A stretch of DNA of 64,000 bases from Terriglobia bacterium (GTDB lineage: Bacteria; Acidobacteriota; Terriglobia; 20CM-2-55-15), in contig CBDCLE010000002.1 in NCBI GenBank assembly GCA_965218585.1, positions 448,001 through 512,000 on the forward strand, given 5' to 3'. Positions 1 to 10,091 of this stretch are shown here, in pieces. Position 1 is the first letter of the stretch; each line of letters begins with the position of its first letter. Under the pieces are notes generated by a model, which was not told the DNA's origin, made no database searches, and was given only the letters and a program-made list of their open reading frames with translations. Position numbers and translations under genes: made by a program.

Positions 1-56
1 AGAGTGGCATCCATTCGACGACGGATCGAATTCACGTTCCAGGTTGTGATGCGCAT
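1..56 (-). CDS. xth: Exodeoxyribonuclease III, 5' end only (runs off window)
   Basis: Minus strand from ATG at 56 reads MRITTWNVNSIRRRMDAT; TWNVNS-I-R is the ExoIII/AP endonuclease N-terminal signature. Confidence 0.85.
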   Translation of the reverse strand, partial: MRITTWNVNSIRRRMDAT

Positions 57-72
57 CGGGTGCGATCGCGGT

Positions 73-579
73 TCAAGTGACGATGTCCTGTTCGTGGGTC
101 TCTTCCCGGAAGACGGTGAACCCGCGGGCTTTGTAATTGTCTAGGGCGTGCGGGTGATCCAGCGTGCAGGTATGGAGCCAGACCCGTTCCGTATTCGTGG
201 CCCATGCCTTGCGAACGGCTTCGGTCAGGAAAGGCCCTCCAATACCTCTTGCGGTGAACCCACCCAAGAGACCGAATGAAGATATTTCCACGGCTCTGTT
301 GTCCTGGAGTTCAAGCTCAAAATAGCCGGCCAGTGCTCCGTCGAACCAACCGGCCCAGGTTTCGAGGTCATCGTGACCGGCCCAGTTCCTCCAATCGTCT
401 ATGGTCCACCCCAGACGATCGATCCAATGCCAGTCGAATCCCACCGCCTGGTAGAGAAATCGGTTCAATTCGGGTGACGCAGGCGTGACTGGCCTCACGT
501 TCAGTTCCGGAATGTTTCGTCGGCTCGGGCGTAGATCACCCAGGCTTGTCATTTCCAGGTAGTAGGTTCGGACTTCCAC
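73..579 (-). CDS. GNAT family N-acetyltransferase
   Basis: FGLLGGFTARGIGG acetyl-CoA loop; RVWLHTCTLDHPHALDNYKARGF C-terminal GNAT motif. Confidence 0.85.
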   Translation of the reverse strand: MEVRTYYLEMTSLGDLRPSRRNIPELNVRPVTPASPELNRFLYQAVGFDWHWIDRLGWTIDDWRNWAGHDDLETWAGWFDGALAGYFELELQDNRAVEISSFGLLGGFTARGIGGPFLTEAVRKAWATNTERVWLHTCTLDHPHALDNYKARGFTVFREETHEQDIVT

Positions 580-593
580 GTCAGTATTCGGCG

Positions 594-1898
594 CTACCGC
601 TTGGCGACATGTTCGATCGCCTCGCCGACGACATCGTAAACGTAATGCAGTTCGTCGGCCTGTATGACGTACGGCGGCAGGATGTATATGACGTTTCCGA
701 GCGGCCGCAGCAGGACACCATGATTCACAAAGAAATCATAAAGCACCGGGCGGATATCAGACAGATACCCGGGATCGTCAGTTTCGAGTTCAAGTGCGGC
801 CACGGTGCCGATCATACGAGTGTCGCCGACCAGCGGGCTCTGGCCCAACAAGGGGAGGCGTTCGTGATGGATGCGTTCGATAGTTCTGATTCGGTCGAAG
901 ACGGGTTCGGATTCAAATATTTCGAGGCTGGCCAGAGCCGCTGCGCACCCTAATGGGTTGCCGGCATAAGAATGGCCATGGAACAACGTGCGCATGCGAT
1001 CGGGCGCCAGAAAGGCCGAGTATATTTCCTCTGAGCAGAGCGTCGCCGAAAAAGGCAGAAATCCGCCGGTCAGTCCTTTCGAAAGGCACATGATGTCCGG
1101 CGTCACGCCTGCGAGTTCCGAGGCAAACATCGCGCCCGTTCGCCCGAAACCCGTCAACACTTCGTCCGCGATCAGGAGCACACCGTGTTCACGACATAGT
1201 TTCGATATTCCTCCAAGAAACTCCGGAGGGTGCATGATCATGCCTCCAGCTCCCTGCAGGAGAGGTTCGACGATGACCGCTGCCGTGGTTTCCGCCTGTT
1301 CCTCCAAAAGTGCCCGGATCGAGTCCAGACACTCGATCGAACAGCTGTCGCGTTTGAGCCCAACCGGGCACCGGTAACAGTATGCAGAGTGTGCGTGCTG
1401 GACTTCGAAGCGCATATCATCGAACGCTTCGGTAAAGGCTGAATCAGCGCTGAGGGCCATCGCCCCTACAGTGTCGCCGTGGTAGGCGTGTTCGAGAGCT
1501 ATGACGTTCTTGCGTTCATCTTTTCCGCGATTTCTCCAGTACTGGACGGCCATTTTGAGTCCTACCTCGACTGCGGTCGATCCGTTATCGGAGAAGAAAA
1601 TGTGCGAAAGGCCGTCGGGAGTTATGTTCCGGAGCTTTGCCGAGAGCTGTTCAGCGGGCTCGTGAGTGAACCCGGCGAAGATGACGTGTCCCAGTTGCTC
1701 GGCCTGTTTTCCGATTGCCGAACTGATCCGCGGATGGGCATGTCCGTGAATATTGACCCACCAGGAAGAAATCCCGTCCAGCAGCTTTCGCCCATCTTCG
1801 GTATACAGGTAGACGCCTTCTGCCCGTTTGATGCGGACCGGTTCCGGATCGAGTGCTTCCTGAGTGTATGGGTGCCAGATGTGGAGTGGTTTACCCAT
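594..1898 (-). CDS. bioA: Adenosylmethionine-8-amino-7-oxononanoate aminotransferase
   Basis: IWHPYTQ, DGISSWWVNIHGH, AYHGDTVGAM, LIADEVLTGFGRTG, PLP lysine in CLSKGLTGG; bio operon context. Confidence 0.97.
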   Translation of the reverse strand: MGKPLHIWHPYTQEALDPEPVRIKRAEGVYLYTEDGRKLLDGISSWWVNIHGHAHPRISSAIGKQAEQLGHVIFAGFTHEPAEQLSAKLRNITPDGLSHIFFSDNGSTAVEVGLKMAVQYWRNRGKDERKNVIALEHAYHGDTVGAMALSADSAFTEAFDDMRFEVQHAHSAYCYRCPVGLKRDSCSIECLDSIRALLEEQAETTAAVIVEPLLQGAGGMIMHPPEFLGGISKLCREHGVLLIADEVLTGFGRTGAMFASELAGVTPDIMCLSKGLTGGFLPFSATLCSEEIYSAFLAPDRMRTLFHGHSYAGNPLGCAAALASLEIFESEPVFDRIRTIERIHHERLPLLGQSPLVGDTRMIGTVAALELETDDPGYLSDIRPVLYDFFVNHGVLLRPLGNVIYILPPYVIQADELHYVYDVVGEAIEHVAKR

Positions 1899-2529
1899 TG
1901 AAGGGCGCCTTGTCGAAATGGTTCTCGTAGGTACTCAGCAAGGCAGCGCGCTCGATCGCCGGCAGGACGGGTACCCAACCCACTACGGGAACGTTTCCGT
2001 AATGCTCGATGGCTTTCCTGTTCTCGACGTTTTTCCCGCCAATCATGACGACTCCTACCAGATCCAGGCCAGCCTGCCGCACTCTGTTGACTGTCAACAA
2101 GGTGTGGTTGATCGTTCCCAAGGCGGTGCGGGTCGCGATCACAACCGCAGCGTCGAGATGTTCTATCAGATCGAGCATCAAGTCACGTTCGTTGATCGGA
2201 ACGAGTACGCCTCCTGCACCTTCTATTACGAGGCGTTTTCCGGCAACGACCGGTTTTTCGATGGCCGCCAGATCAATCCGTACACCGGCTTCGCGTGCGG
2301 CCAGGTGCGGTGAAACGGGTGGATCGAAAACAAAGGTTTCTGCCGGAGCATCGGCTTGGGCCAGTGCGGCCCATCGAATGACTGTTTCGCGATCGGTTTC
2401 GGCGTCGCCACCCATTCGCCCCGACTGAATCGGTTTCCAGTACGCCCCGTCCAGAGCCGCCACAAGAAGTGCCGAAAGGACTGTCTTGCCGACTTCCGTG
2501 TCGGTTCCGGTTACGAACAGGTCCTTCAC
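1891..2529 (-). CDS. bioD: Dethiobiotin synthase
   Basis: FVTGTDTEVGKT P-loop, YWKPIQSG, EGAGG, LGTINHTLL. Confidence 0.97.
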   Translation of the reverse strand: MKDLFVTGTDTEVGKTVLSALLVAALDGAYWKPIQSGRMGGDAETDRETVIRWAALAQADAPAETFVFDPPVSPHLAAREAGVRIDLAAIEKPVVAGKRLVIEGAGGVLVPINERDLMLDLIEHLDAAVVIATRTALGTINHTLLTVNRVRQAGLDLVGVVMIGGKNVENRKAIEHYGNVPVVGWVPVLPAIERAALLSTYENHFDKAPFNG

Positions 2530-3683
2530 CGGGATCGATCTCTATAGTCCTTCAGAGCATCGACCAGGCTGTCCATAGCTTCCGGCGGCAGGTCGGCTGT
2601 TACGGAAAGGCGAAGGCGTGCCGTCCCCTCCGGAACTGTCGGCGTTCGGATCGCTCGGACTTCGAATCCTTCGTTTCTCAAGAACTGGGCCGTATCCATT
2701 GCCGTTTTTGTGGTTCCCAATAGAACAGGGACGATCTGGGTATTGCTGTTTCCTGTGTCGAAACTGGCATCGCTGAGCCCCTCTCGCAGCTTTGTTGAGA
2801 GGGCATCGAGGCGAGCACGTTCTTCGTTGGCTTCAGCGGCAAGCCTGATTCCGGCCGCGACCTGAGCCGCCACGTAGGGAGGCAGCCCGGTCGTGTATAT
2901 GAAGGGGCGAGAGTGATTAGTCAGATGTTCTTTCAAGGTTCTCGATCCGGCAACGAAAGCTCCCGACGCAGCCAGTGCCTTACCGCACGTATGGATGCTG
3001 GCTATGATCGCTTCCGATCGATTGGATGCGGCAATCAGTCCGCGTCCCTCCGGTCCGACAACACCAGTCGCGTGTGCCTCATCAACGATTAATCCCGCGT
3101 CGTAATTTTCCGCAAGAGTAACGAGTTCGTCGATCGGTGCCGAATCTCCGTCCATGCTGAAAATACTTTCGACGACGATGAATCGCTCACCTTGAACCGA
3201 ATCGGCGCTCTTGAGTGTGTCTTCGAGGAAGTCCAGGTCGAGATGCGGAAATATGATCTTCCGGCATCCGGATAGACGTATTCCGTCGATCAGGCTGGCG
3301 TGATTTGCGGCGTCGGAGAAGACCGTGTCCTCGGGGCGAAGGATCGCGGTAAGCAACCCGGTGTTGGCAGCGTAGCCGGAATTGAAAAACAGGGATGCTT
3401 CGACACCGAGGTATTGACTGAACCCTTCTTCCAGTTTTTCCCACGCTGCAACATGGCCTGAAAGCAGACGCGATCCGGTCGAAGCCACGCGGTCGGAGGC
3501 TTCGATGGCCCCCCGGAGTGCAGCAACCAGAGCCGGATGTCGGGAGAATCCCAGATAGTCGTTCGAGGAAAACTGGAAGCCTGCCCCGACTTCCGGATAG
3601 CGGTACAGGGATCGTGAACGCAGTGAGGCCAGGTCTTCGTCGAGTCTCTGGAGTGTCTTTGTGTTTGCGATCTTACGCGTCAT
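2526..3683 (-). CDS. bioF: 8-amino-7-oxononanoate synthase
   Basis: [52 protein letters not shown]; start moved to ATG 3683, overlapping the bioB end. Confidence 0.95.
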   Translation of the reverse strand: MTRKIANTKTLQRLDEDLASLRSRSLYRYPEVGAGFQFSSNDYLGFSRHPALVAALRGAIEASDRVASTGSRLLSGHVAAWEKLEEGFSQYLGVEASLFFNSGYAANTGLLTAILRPEDTVFSDAANHASLIDGIRLSGCRKIIFPHLDLDFLEDTLKSADSVQGERFIVVESIFSMDGDSAPIDELVTLAENYDAGLIVDEAHATGVVGPEGRGLIAASNRSEAIIASIHTCGKALAASGAFVAGSRTLKEHLTNHSRPFIYTTGLPPYVAAQVAAGIRLAAEANEERARLDALSTKLREGLSDASFDTGNSNTQIVPVLLGTTKTAMDTAQFLRNEGFEVRAIRTPTVPEGTARLRLSVTADLPPEAMDSLVDALKDYRDRSR

Positions 3684-4650
3684 GACCCGACACTGTGAGA
3701 TCCAGGTCTTCAAGTAACTGCGCGTCTTCTGAGCGTTCGGGATTGGGGGTTGTGAGCAGGCGGTCACCGACGAAGATCGAGTTGGCTCCGGCCAGGAAAC
3801 AGAGAGTGACGCATTCGCGGTTCAGCGAGCGGCGGCCCGCGCTCAATCGGACCCTGGAGCGTGGCATCAGAACGCGCGCCGTTGCAATCGTTCGGACGAG
3901 GATGAAGGGATCAATCGACTCGGCCGGCGCCAGCGGTGTCCCTTCGACTCTGACCAGCACGTTGACCGGAACACTTTCCGGATGTGGGTCGAGCCCGGCG
4001 AGTTCGTGCAGCAATCCGACGCGGTCCGAGTCGGACTCGCCCATGCCGACGATCCCGCCCGAGCACACTGTGATGCCCGCCTTTCTTACAGCGGCCAGCG
4101 TATCGAGCCGCTCCTGATACGTTCGGGTTGTGATGATTTTGTCGTAGTACTCCGGCGAGGTGTCCAGGTTGTGGTTGTACGCATCGAGTCCGGCGTCTGC
4201 CAACCGTTCGGCCTGCGATTCGCTCAGCATACCCAGCGTGCAACACACCTCCAGTCCAGTCGCGGCAACGCCGCGGACCATTTCCAAAACCTTTTCGAAC
4301 TCGGGACCATCCTTTATTTCTCGCCAGGCGGCTCCCATGCAGAATCGGTGGACGCCCTCATTTCTGGCGTCGCGCGCAGCCTGGATCACATGATCCACAT
4401 CAAGCAAACCCTGGTTGTCAACGTCCGTTTCGTAGTGCGCGCTCTGGGGGCAATAGGCACAATCTTCCGGGCATCCGCCAGTCTTGATCGAAATCAACTG
4501 GCAGAGTTGGACGTCTCTGGGCTTGTGATACTTGCCGTGTACCTGTTGGGCCTGGCCAATGAGATCCAGCAGCGGCTGTTGGTATATAGCTGCGATCTCT
4601 TGGCGTGTCCAGTCGTGACGCACATCGGGCACTGTATGTGTTGTTGACAT
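3673..4650 (-). CDS. bioB: Biotin synthase (radical SAM)
   Basis: [20 protein letters not shown] CxxxCxx[28 protein letters not shown]; start moved to ATG 4650 (MSTTHT). Confidence 0.97.
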   Translation of the reverse strand: MSTTHTVPDVRHDWTRQEIAAIYQQPLLDLIGQAQQVHGKYHKPRDVQLCQLISIKTGGCPEDCAYCPQSAHYETDVDNQGLLDVDHVIQAARDARNEGVHRFCMGAAWREIKDGPEFEKVLEMVRGVAATGLEVCCTLGMLSESQAERLADAGLDAYNHNLDTSPEYYDKIITTRTYQERLDTLAAVRKAGITVCSGGIVGMGESDSDRVGLLHELAGLDPHPESVPVNVLVRVEGTPLAPAESIDPFILVRTIATARVLMPRSRVRLSAGRRSLNRECVTLCFLAGANSIFVGDRLLTTPNPERSEDAQLLEDLDLTVSGHDA

Positions 4651-4710
4651 GGATACTACCGTTCGAGAGCGAATTATACCGGATTGTGGACCGGGCTGCA
4701 TTCGACCCGG

Positions 4711-4785
4711 AAAAGTAGGGACAGACACTTTTTTTGTCGGAGGAATCGCCGTCTGATCCAAAAAAGGGTGTCTGTCCCTACTTTT
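4711..4785. repeat. Long hairpin, GGGACRG repeat family copy A
   Basis: Perfect 18-bp inverted arms AAAAGTAGGGACAGACAC (4711-4728) / GTGTCTGTCCCTACTTTT (4768-4785), extended inward by T/A tracts. Confidence 0.85.
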
Positions 4786-4805
4786 TCGTGTACGGTGAAA
4801 TAGTT

Positions 4806-4926
4806 GAAGGGGAGTAGATCGCCGACCCGCGAATCGCCCAAGCGGATCGGTCCGGTAGGTCGTCAATACGGTCGTTGATGAAACGGCCCGGTCTATCGGC
4901 GGGGATGACCCCGGAACGAGACCTTC
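4806..4926 (+). ncRNA. yybP-ykoY manganese riboswitch aptamer
   Basis: GAAGGGGAGTAG (4806-4817), CGTCAATAC (4861-4869) and CGAGACCTTC (4917-4926) closing P1; directly upstream of a TerC/Alx gene. Confidence 0.93.
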
Positions 4927-4957
4927 TGCGGAATTGCCGCGGAAGGTCTTTTTTTTT
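4919..4957 (+). terminator. Intrinsic terminator (riboswitch expression platform)
   Basis: AGACCTTCTGCGG-AATTG-CCGCGGAAGGTCT hairpin followed by a T tract; its 5' arm is the 3' strand of aptamer P1. Confidence 0.9.
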
Positions 4958-4995
4958 GGAATGTTTCTGAAGCGGGTCCGGATTAGTCCGGTTTA

Positions 4996-6021
4996 ATGGA
5001 TAGTGTCCAACTCTTTCCGTTGACTGAATACTGGTGGCTGTACCTGGCCTTCATCGGAGGTGTGGCTCTCGTATTGGCCATCGACCTGGGGGTCTTTCAT
5101 AAGGAAGCCCACGCGGTTGGGTTCAAGGAAGCGGCTGCCTGGTCCGCGTTCTGGATCCTCCTGTCCCTTGCCTTCAATGCCTGGCTCTATTACTACGCGC
5201 TTGGAAAATTTGCCGTCGATCCTCGACTGCAGGCCGTGCCCGGTTTTGACAGCGATGCTGAAGCCTGGAGGGTGGGGCTCGAGTTCCTGACCGGCTACGT
5301 GGTGGAAAAGTCTCTCTCCGTCGACAACATCTTTGTCTTCGTTATCGTCTTCAGATATTTCGGAATCGGCCTCCTCTACCAGCACCGCGTTCTCTACTAT
5401 GGGATCATCGGCGCCTTTTTCTTCCGAACGGCGTTCATTGTGACCGGTGCACTTCTGATTCAGTATCAGATCGTCGTCTGGATTTTCGGCGGTTTTCTGA
5501 TCGTCACCGGGATCCGGTTGATGTACTCGGGAGGGGAAAAGATTGAACCCGAAAAGAACCCACTGCTCCGTCTCTTCCAAAGTCGGATTCCAGTAACGGC
5601 CTCACTTCACGGGCAGCGTTTCTTTGTGCGCAAGGACGGCGTCCTGTTCGGGACGCCTTTGATCGTGACGCTGATCTTCCTGGAGGCCACCGATATCGTG
5701 TTCGCCGTAGACTCGGTTCCCGCTATTTTTGCAATTACCAACGAACCCTTCATCGTGTTTACCTCCAACATGCTCGCCATCCTTGGCCTGCGTGCACTCT
5801 ACTTCCTCCTGGCCGGCGCAGTGGAAAAGTTCTACCTCCTTAAGTACGGCCTGGCACTGGTGCTGATCTTCGTGGGCCTGAAGATGGTGTGGCTGAACGA
5901 ACTCTACGACGGAGATTTCCCGATCAGCGTATCCCTGGGATTCATCCTCGGTGTCCTGACTTTGTCGATAACAGCATCGTTGATATGGCCGAGGACCGAA
6001 CAAGCGCCCACTGGCGAGTGA
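4996..6021 (+). CDS. alx: TerC/Alx family metal homeostasis membrane protein
   Basis: EFLTGYVVEKSLSVDNIFVF, YQHRVLYYGIIGA, EATDIVFAVDSVPAIFAIT; Mn riboswitch upstream. Confidence 0.92.
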   Translation: MDSVQLFPLTEYWWLYLAFIGGVALVLAIDLGVFHKEAHAVGFKEAAAWSAFWILLSLAFNAWLYYYALGKFAVDPRLQAVPGFDSDAEAWRVGLEFLTGYVVEKSLSVDNIFVFVIVFRYFGIGLLYQHRVLYYGIIGAFFFRTAFIVTGALLIQYQIVVWIFGGFLIVTGIRLMYSGGEKIEPEKNPLLRLFQSRIPVTASLHGQRFFVRKDGVLFGTPLIVTLIFLEATDIVFAVDSVPAIFAITNEPFIVFTSNMLAILGLRALYFLLAGAVEKFYLLKYGLALVLIFVGLKMVWLNELYDGDFPISVSLGFILGVLTLSITASLIWPRTEQAPTGE

Positions 6022-6261
6022 AGAGAGCAGATCAACCGAGAGGCGCGGAGAAAGAAAAAAGCAGAACGAAATTGCCTACGTCTGGGTTCGACCGAGAATA
6101 TCAGAAGGTCGTGCGGTCCACCTGCAGATAAGGTGGCCGCAGATTGTTCGTGGAGACCCCCGGCACCTCTCAACTGGGCCATTAATCAGCGCCGGGTGAA
6201 AATGATATTATCGCTGTCGAGTGTGCATAGCTGAACGGCTAGAAGTGCTGGGGAGCCCTGA

Positions 6262-7908
6262 TTGAAGTCCAAAAAGTCCAAAGACTCACCGTCTGCCGGC
6301 CTTGTCTCGTCCGAGGATGCGGCCAGAAAATTCCGCGCGCTGCTTCATCATGCCAACGACCTTGTCTACTCAGTTTCGATCGATCCGGATGAGCGCACAT
6401 GGCGGTTGGAGTTCCTCAGCGACCGCATTTTTGACTTCAGCGGATGCCGCGCCGATGAATTTATACAGGGAGGGCCTGCGGGTACGGGGGGGCCCTTCGG
6501 TTTGGCGAACCCCGAGGAGCATCCGTTTGAATTAATTCATCCCGAGGACCTGGACAAGGCGATGGAGGAGACACGACTACTGACCCAGGGCCAACGCGTC
6601 GTTCGGGAATACCGCATTCGTAACAAGAACACAGGAGAGTACCGGTCGGTCGAGGACCGTTCCGAACCGGAACTCGACACCAAAGGGAGAGTCATTGGAA
6701 TCTGGGGGATCGTTCGCGACATCAGTGAGCGACAACAACTCGAGCAGCAGCTCCTGCAGTCTCAAAAGATGGAAGCGGTTGGACGTCTGGCCGGGGGAAT
6801 TGCGCACGACTTCAATAACATCCTGACTGTGATTCTGGGCCTCACCGAGACGCTTATCGCGGACCTGTCCGCTATCGAAGACACAGACACGTTGAGGGAA
6901 GACGCCCGGACCGTTCGGAAGGAGGCAGCACGGGCGGCGTCGCTGACTCAGCAATTGCTGGCCTTCAGCAGGAAACAATTGTTGCAGCCCCGGCCCATGA
7001 GTCTGGGTCGCGTCGTCGAAGACATGCAAGTGATGCTCGAGCGACTCATCGGTGAGGACATCGAGATGTGGATCCAGCCCGGGGAATCCTCAACGGTCCG
7101 GGCCGATCCAGCACAGATTCAACAGGTGTTGATGAACCTCGTTGTCAACACACGGGAGGCGATGCCCGAAGGTGGACGCCTGATTATAGAAACCGCCGAC
7201 GTGGATCTGGATGCGAACTATGCCAATGGGAGAGTGGGCGTTCGGGCCGGGCCTTACGTCATGCTGGCGGTCAGCGACACGGGTATCGGTATGGATTCGG
7301 ACACGCTTCGGCAAGCGTTTGATCCTTTCTTCACCACCCGTGTGGGTGGCACAGGCCTGGGCTTGTCGACCGCCTACGGCATCGTCAAACAGAGTGGTGG
7401 CAACGTCTGGGCCTACAGTGAACTGGAGAAGGGTACGACGATCAAAGTTTACCTTCCCCGGGTCGATCAACCTGAAATTGTTGGAATGAAATCCAGGCCG
7501 GAATCTGGGGAAGCGGACGGCGGGCTCCATGGAACTGAGACGGTCCTCGTGGTCGAAGATGAAGAGGGAGTTCGTCGCCTGATGCGCAAGACACTCGAGT
7601 CCTTCGGATATGACGTGATCGATGCCCCAGATGGTCTCGAGGCGTGCAGGATGGCCGAAGCCTTCGCCGAACCCATTGATCTGCTCCTGACGGACCTTGT
7701 CATGCCCCGTATGAGTGGTCTGGAACTGGCGCGCCGCATCCGTCAGGATAGGCCTGAGATTCAGATACTCTATACCTCCGGTTATACCGAAGGGTTTGTC
7801 AAACAGGATGCGGACCGCGAAGAACTAGACAGCGCGTTTATCGAAAAGCCATTCACCCGAACCAGTCTCGCACGGCGTGTCCGCGACGTGCTTTCAGCCA
7901 AAGTTTGA
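6262..7908 (+). CDS. Hybrid sensor histidine kinase (PAS-HisKA-HATPase-REC)
   Basis: IHPED PAS, QKMEAVGRLAGGIAHDFNNIL H-box, DTGIGM, FDPFFTT, GTGLGL, VLVVEDE...DLVMPRMSG receiver; start codon uncertain. Confidence 0.93.
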   Translation: MKSKKSKDSPSAGLVSSEDAARKFRALLHHANDLVYSVSIDPDERTWRLEFLSDRIFDFSGCRADEFIQGGPAGTGGPFGLANPEEHPFELIHPEDLDKAMEETRLLTQGQRVVREYRIRNKNTGEYRSVEDRSEPELDTKGRVIGIWGIVRDISERQQLEQQLLQSQKMEAVGRLAGGIAHDFNNILTVILGLTETLIADLSAIEDTDTLREDARTVRKEAARAASLTQQLLAFSRKQLLQPRPMSLGRVVEDMQVMLERLIGEDIEMWIQPGESSTVRADPAQIQQVLMNLVVNTREAMPEGGRLIIETADVDLDANYANGRVGVRAGPYVMLAVSDTGIGMDSDTLRQAFDPFFTTRVGGTGLGLSTAYGIVKQSGGNVWAYSELEKGTTIKVYLPRVDQPEIVGMKSRPESGEADGGLHGTETVLVVEDEEGVRRLMRKTLESFGYDVIDAPDGLEACRMAEAFAEPIDLLLTDLVMPRMSGLELARRIRQDRPEIQILYTSGYTEGFVKQDADREELDSAFIEKPFTRTSLARRVRDVLSAKV

Positions 7909-7966
7909 CCTATCGTTTCCTGGCATCGCGTGATGGGGGACGTGGATTACATAGCGAGAGGCATCT

Positions 7967-8770
7967 GTGATTGCGCAAGTTGGTAAAGACAAGAAGGTTT
8001 TCTACACAGCAGAAGGTTCCGGCCCCGAAATTCTTTTCTTACACGGCGCCGCCTCCGATGCCGATACACTGGAGCCGCTCGTCGGAGAACTCCGAGGCGA
8101 CTATCGCTGCATCGTCTTAGATCGGCTCGGGTACAGGCGATCCACGCGGCTCAAAGAGAACACCACGATCGAAGAACAGGCGATCGCTGTCGATGCAGTG
8201 CTTGGCGAAGCCGCCTCCGGACCGGTCTGGATGTTTGGCCATTCTTCGGGTGGGAACGTTGCGCTCGGCTATACAAGCCTGTTTCCCGAAAGAGTCCGGG
8301 GACTGGTTGTGATGGAACCCGCGCTATACGCGTTGTATGCGGAGGAGTCCACTCCACCACCGCTTGTGCGGATGAAGGAAGAGATTATCCCTATGTTTCA
8401 GGGCGGTGACATCGAAGACGGGATCAGGAGATTCATGGATCACTTGGACCTCTTACACGACACCAAGGTTGAGGTCGCCCTCACGTCTTCCGACAAAGGG
8501 ATAGACAACTGGCTTCCGCTCAGGCATGAGTTCGAGTTCGCACTCGGCTGGCCCGAGTCCAGATCGCCGATTCGCCTGGTTGATCACCCCGCGCTCGTGA
8601 TTAAGGGAGGGCGAACCACTCCACTTCTCCAGGGCGCGTCCGAAATTCTGGCCCAGACTCTGCCGAAAGCCCGGCTCGTGACATTGGACAATTGCGATCA
8701 TCTCGCGCCGCTCATGCAACCCGCTCTGGTTGCAGAACAGATCTCGAATTTCGTCAGGAATCATGACTAG
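7967..8770 (+). CDS. Alpha/beta fold hydrolase
   Basis: LFLHG, DRLGYRRS, GHSSGG nucleophile elbow, C-terminal DH. Confidence 0.9.
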   Translation: MIAQVGKDKKVFYTAEGSGPEILFLHGAASDADTLEPLVGELRGDYRCIVLDRLGYRRSTRLKENTTIEEQAIAVDAVLGEAASGPVWMFGHSSGGNVALGYTSLFPERVRGLVVMEPALYALYAEESTPPPLVRMKEEIIPMFQGGDIEDGIRRFMDHLDLLHDTKVEVALTSSDKGIDNWLPLRHEFEFALGWPESRSPIRLVDHPALVIKGGRTTPLLQGASEILAQTLPKARLVTLDNCDHLAPLMQPALVAEQISNFVRNHD

Positions 8771-8776
8771 AAAATC

Positions 8777-8801
8777 GGGTCAGACCCCTATGTCCCTATT
8801 T
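8777..8801 (+). repeat. 25-bp direct repeat, copy 1
   Basis: GGGTCAGACCCCTATGTCCCTATTT; 23/25 identical to 10067-10091. Confidence 0.8.
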
Positions 8802-10040
8802 TTAATCTATTGATTCAATTACCTTTTCCAGCAAAGGGTCGATGGCGTTGCCCTGTATCCAACGGGCCACTACTACCAGATCGTTGACTGGATCGACGTA
8901 TACCATGTTGGTCCCGTTCCCGATGTGGGCATAGGCTTCGTCCGGGGCGCTGGGATAGCGCTTCTGGCCGTTCGAGCCGGGCACGTTGAGGAAATAGTTC
9001 ATAAAGCCGTAACCCGGCTCTGGTGTCGATGGGGTCGTAGCCATGTCGAACCATTCATCCGGCAGCAGTTGTTCGCCGTTCCAGTTACCGCGACGGAGGG
9101 TGAACAGACCCAACCGGGCCTGGTCCCGGGCGCTCAGGAACATGCCGCCGCCCCAGTGGCCACCCCCACTGACGCTTTGGACTCTCTTGCCGTTCAGTGT
9201 GATCCAGGAATTTTCGTATCCGTGCCAACGCCAGGTGCTGGATGCGCCGATTGGGTCCATGACCCGTCGACGGAGGACATCCGGGAGTGATTCTTGCCAC
9301 ACTTGAGTTGTCAGCAGTGCGAGCAGGTTCACACGGGTATCGTTGTACTCGTAGACGGTACCGGGTTCCGGTCGGTACATGTCCATCCACGTCGATCGGT
9401 CCTGGGCCGGCCGATCGGCCCAGTCTGGTTTGCCCCAGAGCGTACCTCGCCAGGCACTGTTCTGTTGAAGCAAGTTTCGCCAGGAAATTTTTCGATTGTG
9501 GTCGTCTTCGAACAGCGTCACGGGTTCGTGCGAATACGTCCGTTCACCAACATTCCGTTCACCGTCGCCCAGGGGAAGCAGGACGGGTGCCATGTAAGGT
9601 GAGACGGCGTCATCAATATCGGCGATCAAGCCGTCGGCCCATGCGAGGCCTACCGTTGTCGACAGAAAGCTCTTGGTCACCGAGTGGGTCATGTCCACAC
9701 GGAGTGGGTCCCCCCATTCGGCCACGATGTAGCCGTTGCGGATGATGATACCCACCGCGTCCCCCCGGGTCCGAAAAGGCCCGATCGCTTCCCCATGGGG
9801 CTCACGGCCGAAGCTGAGTAGTTGCGATAACGCCATGTCGGGGGAGACCTCGGTCTCTCCGTCGATAGCCATCTGGACCGCTTCCTCGACGAGCGTAGCA
9901 TCCATGCCGACTTCCCCGGGTCGACGCGTTTCCCAGTCGTGCTGTTCCGGTGTGTACTGCGCGTCCACCCCCAGTGGCAGCATCAACAGAATCAGCAGAA
10001 GCGCTGTGTGGATTAATGGTTTCGGACGAAGTTCAGTCAT
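8802..10040 (-). CDS. Secreted serine hydrolase, beta-lactamase class C-like
   Basis: Signal peptide, SVTK (SxxK), YEYND, LRRRVMDPIG, SGGGHWGGGMFLSARDQARLG. Confidence 0.88.
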   Translation of the reverse strand: MTELRPKPLIHTALLLILLMLPLGVDAQYTPEQHDWETRRPGEVGMDATLVEEAVQMAIDGETEVSPDMALSQLLSFGREPHGEAIGPFRTRGDAVGIIIRNGYIVAEWGDPLRVDMTHSVTKSFLSTTVGLAWADGLIADIDDAVSPYMAPVLLPLGDGERNVGERTYSHEPVTLFEDDHNRKISWRNLLQQNSAWRGTLWGKPDWADRPAQDRSTWMDMYRPEPGTVYEYNDTRVNLLALLTTQVWQESLPDVLRRRVMDPIGASSTWRWHGYENSWITLNGKRVQSVSGGGHWGGGMFLSARDQARLGLFTLRRGNWNGEQLLPDEWFDMATTPSTPEPGYGFMNYFLNVPGSNGQKRYPSAPDEAYAHIGNGTNMVYVDPVNDLVVVARWIQGNAIDPLLEKVIESID

Positions 10041-10066
10041 CGCAGCCTCCGGGAAAGGGGAAAAAG

Positions 10067-10091
10067 GGGCCAGACCCCTCTGTCCCTATTT
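10067..10091 (+). repeat. 25-bp direct repeat, copy 2
   Basis: GGGCCAGACCCCTCTGTCCCTATTT. Confidence 0.8.

Noticed and set aside
4651-4866. N-terminal extension of bioB in the ORF track (similarly for bioF, yjbQ, SEL1, SLC13 and the 2-hydroxyacid dehydrogenase)
   Set aside because: Extensions cross repeats, the riboswitch or neighbouring genes and lack family similarity; downstream starts chosen
8802-10040. Bona fide antibiotic resistance genes (this beta-lactamase-like gene; also the MBL at 50601 and APH-like at 62434)
   Set aside because: Only fold-level motifs; these superfamilies are mostly non-resistance enzymes
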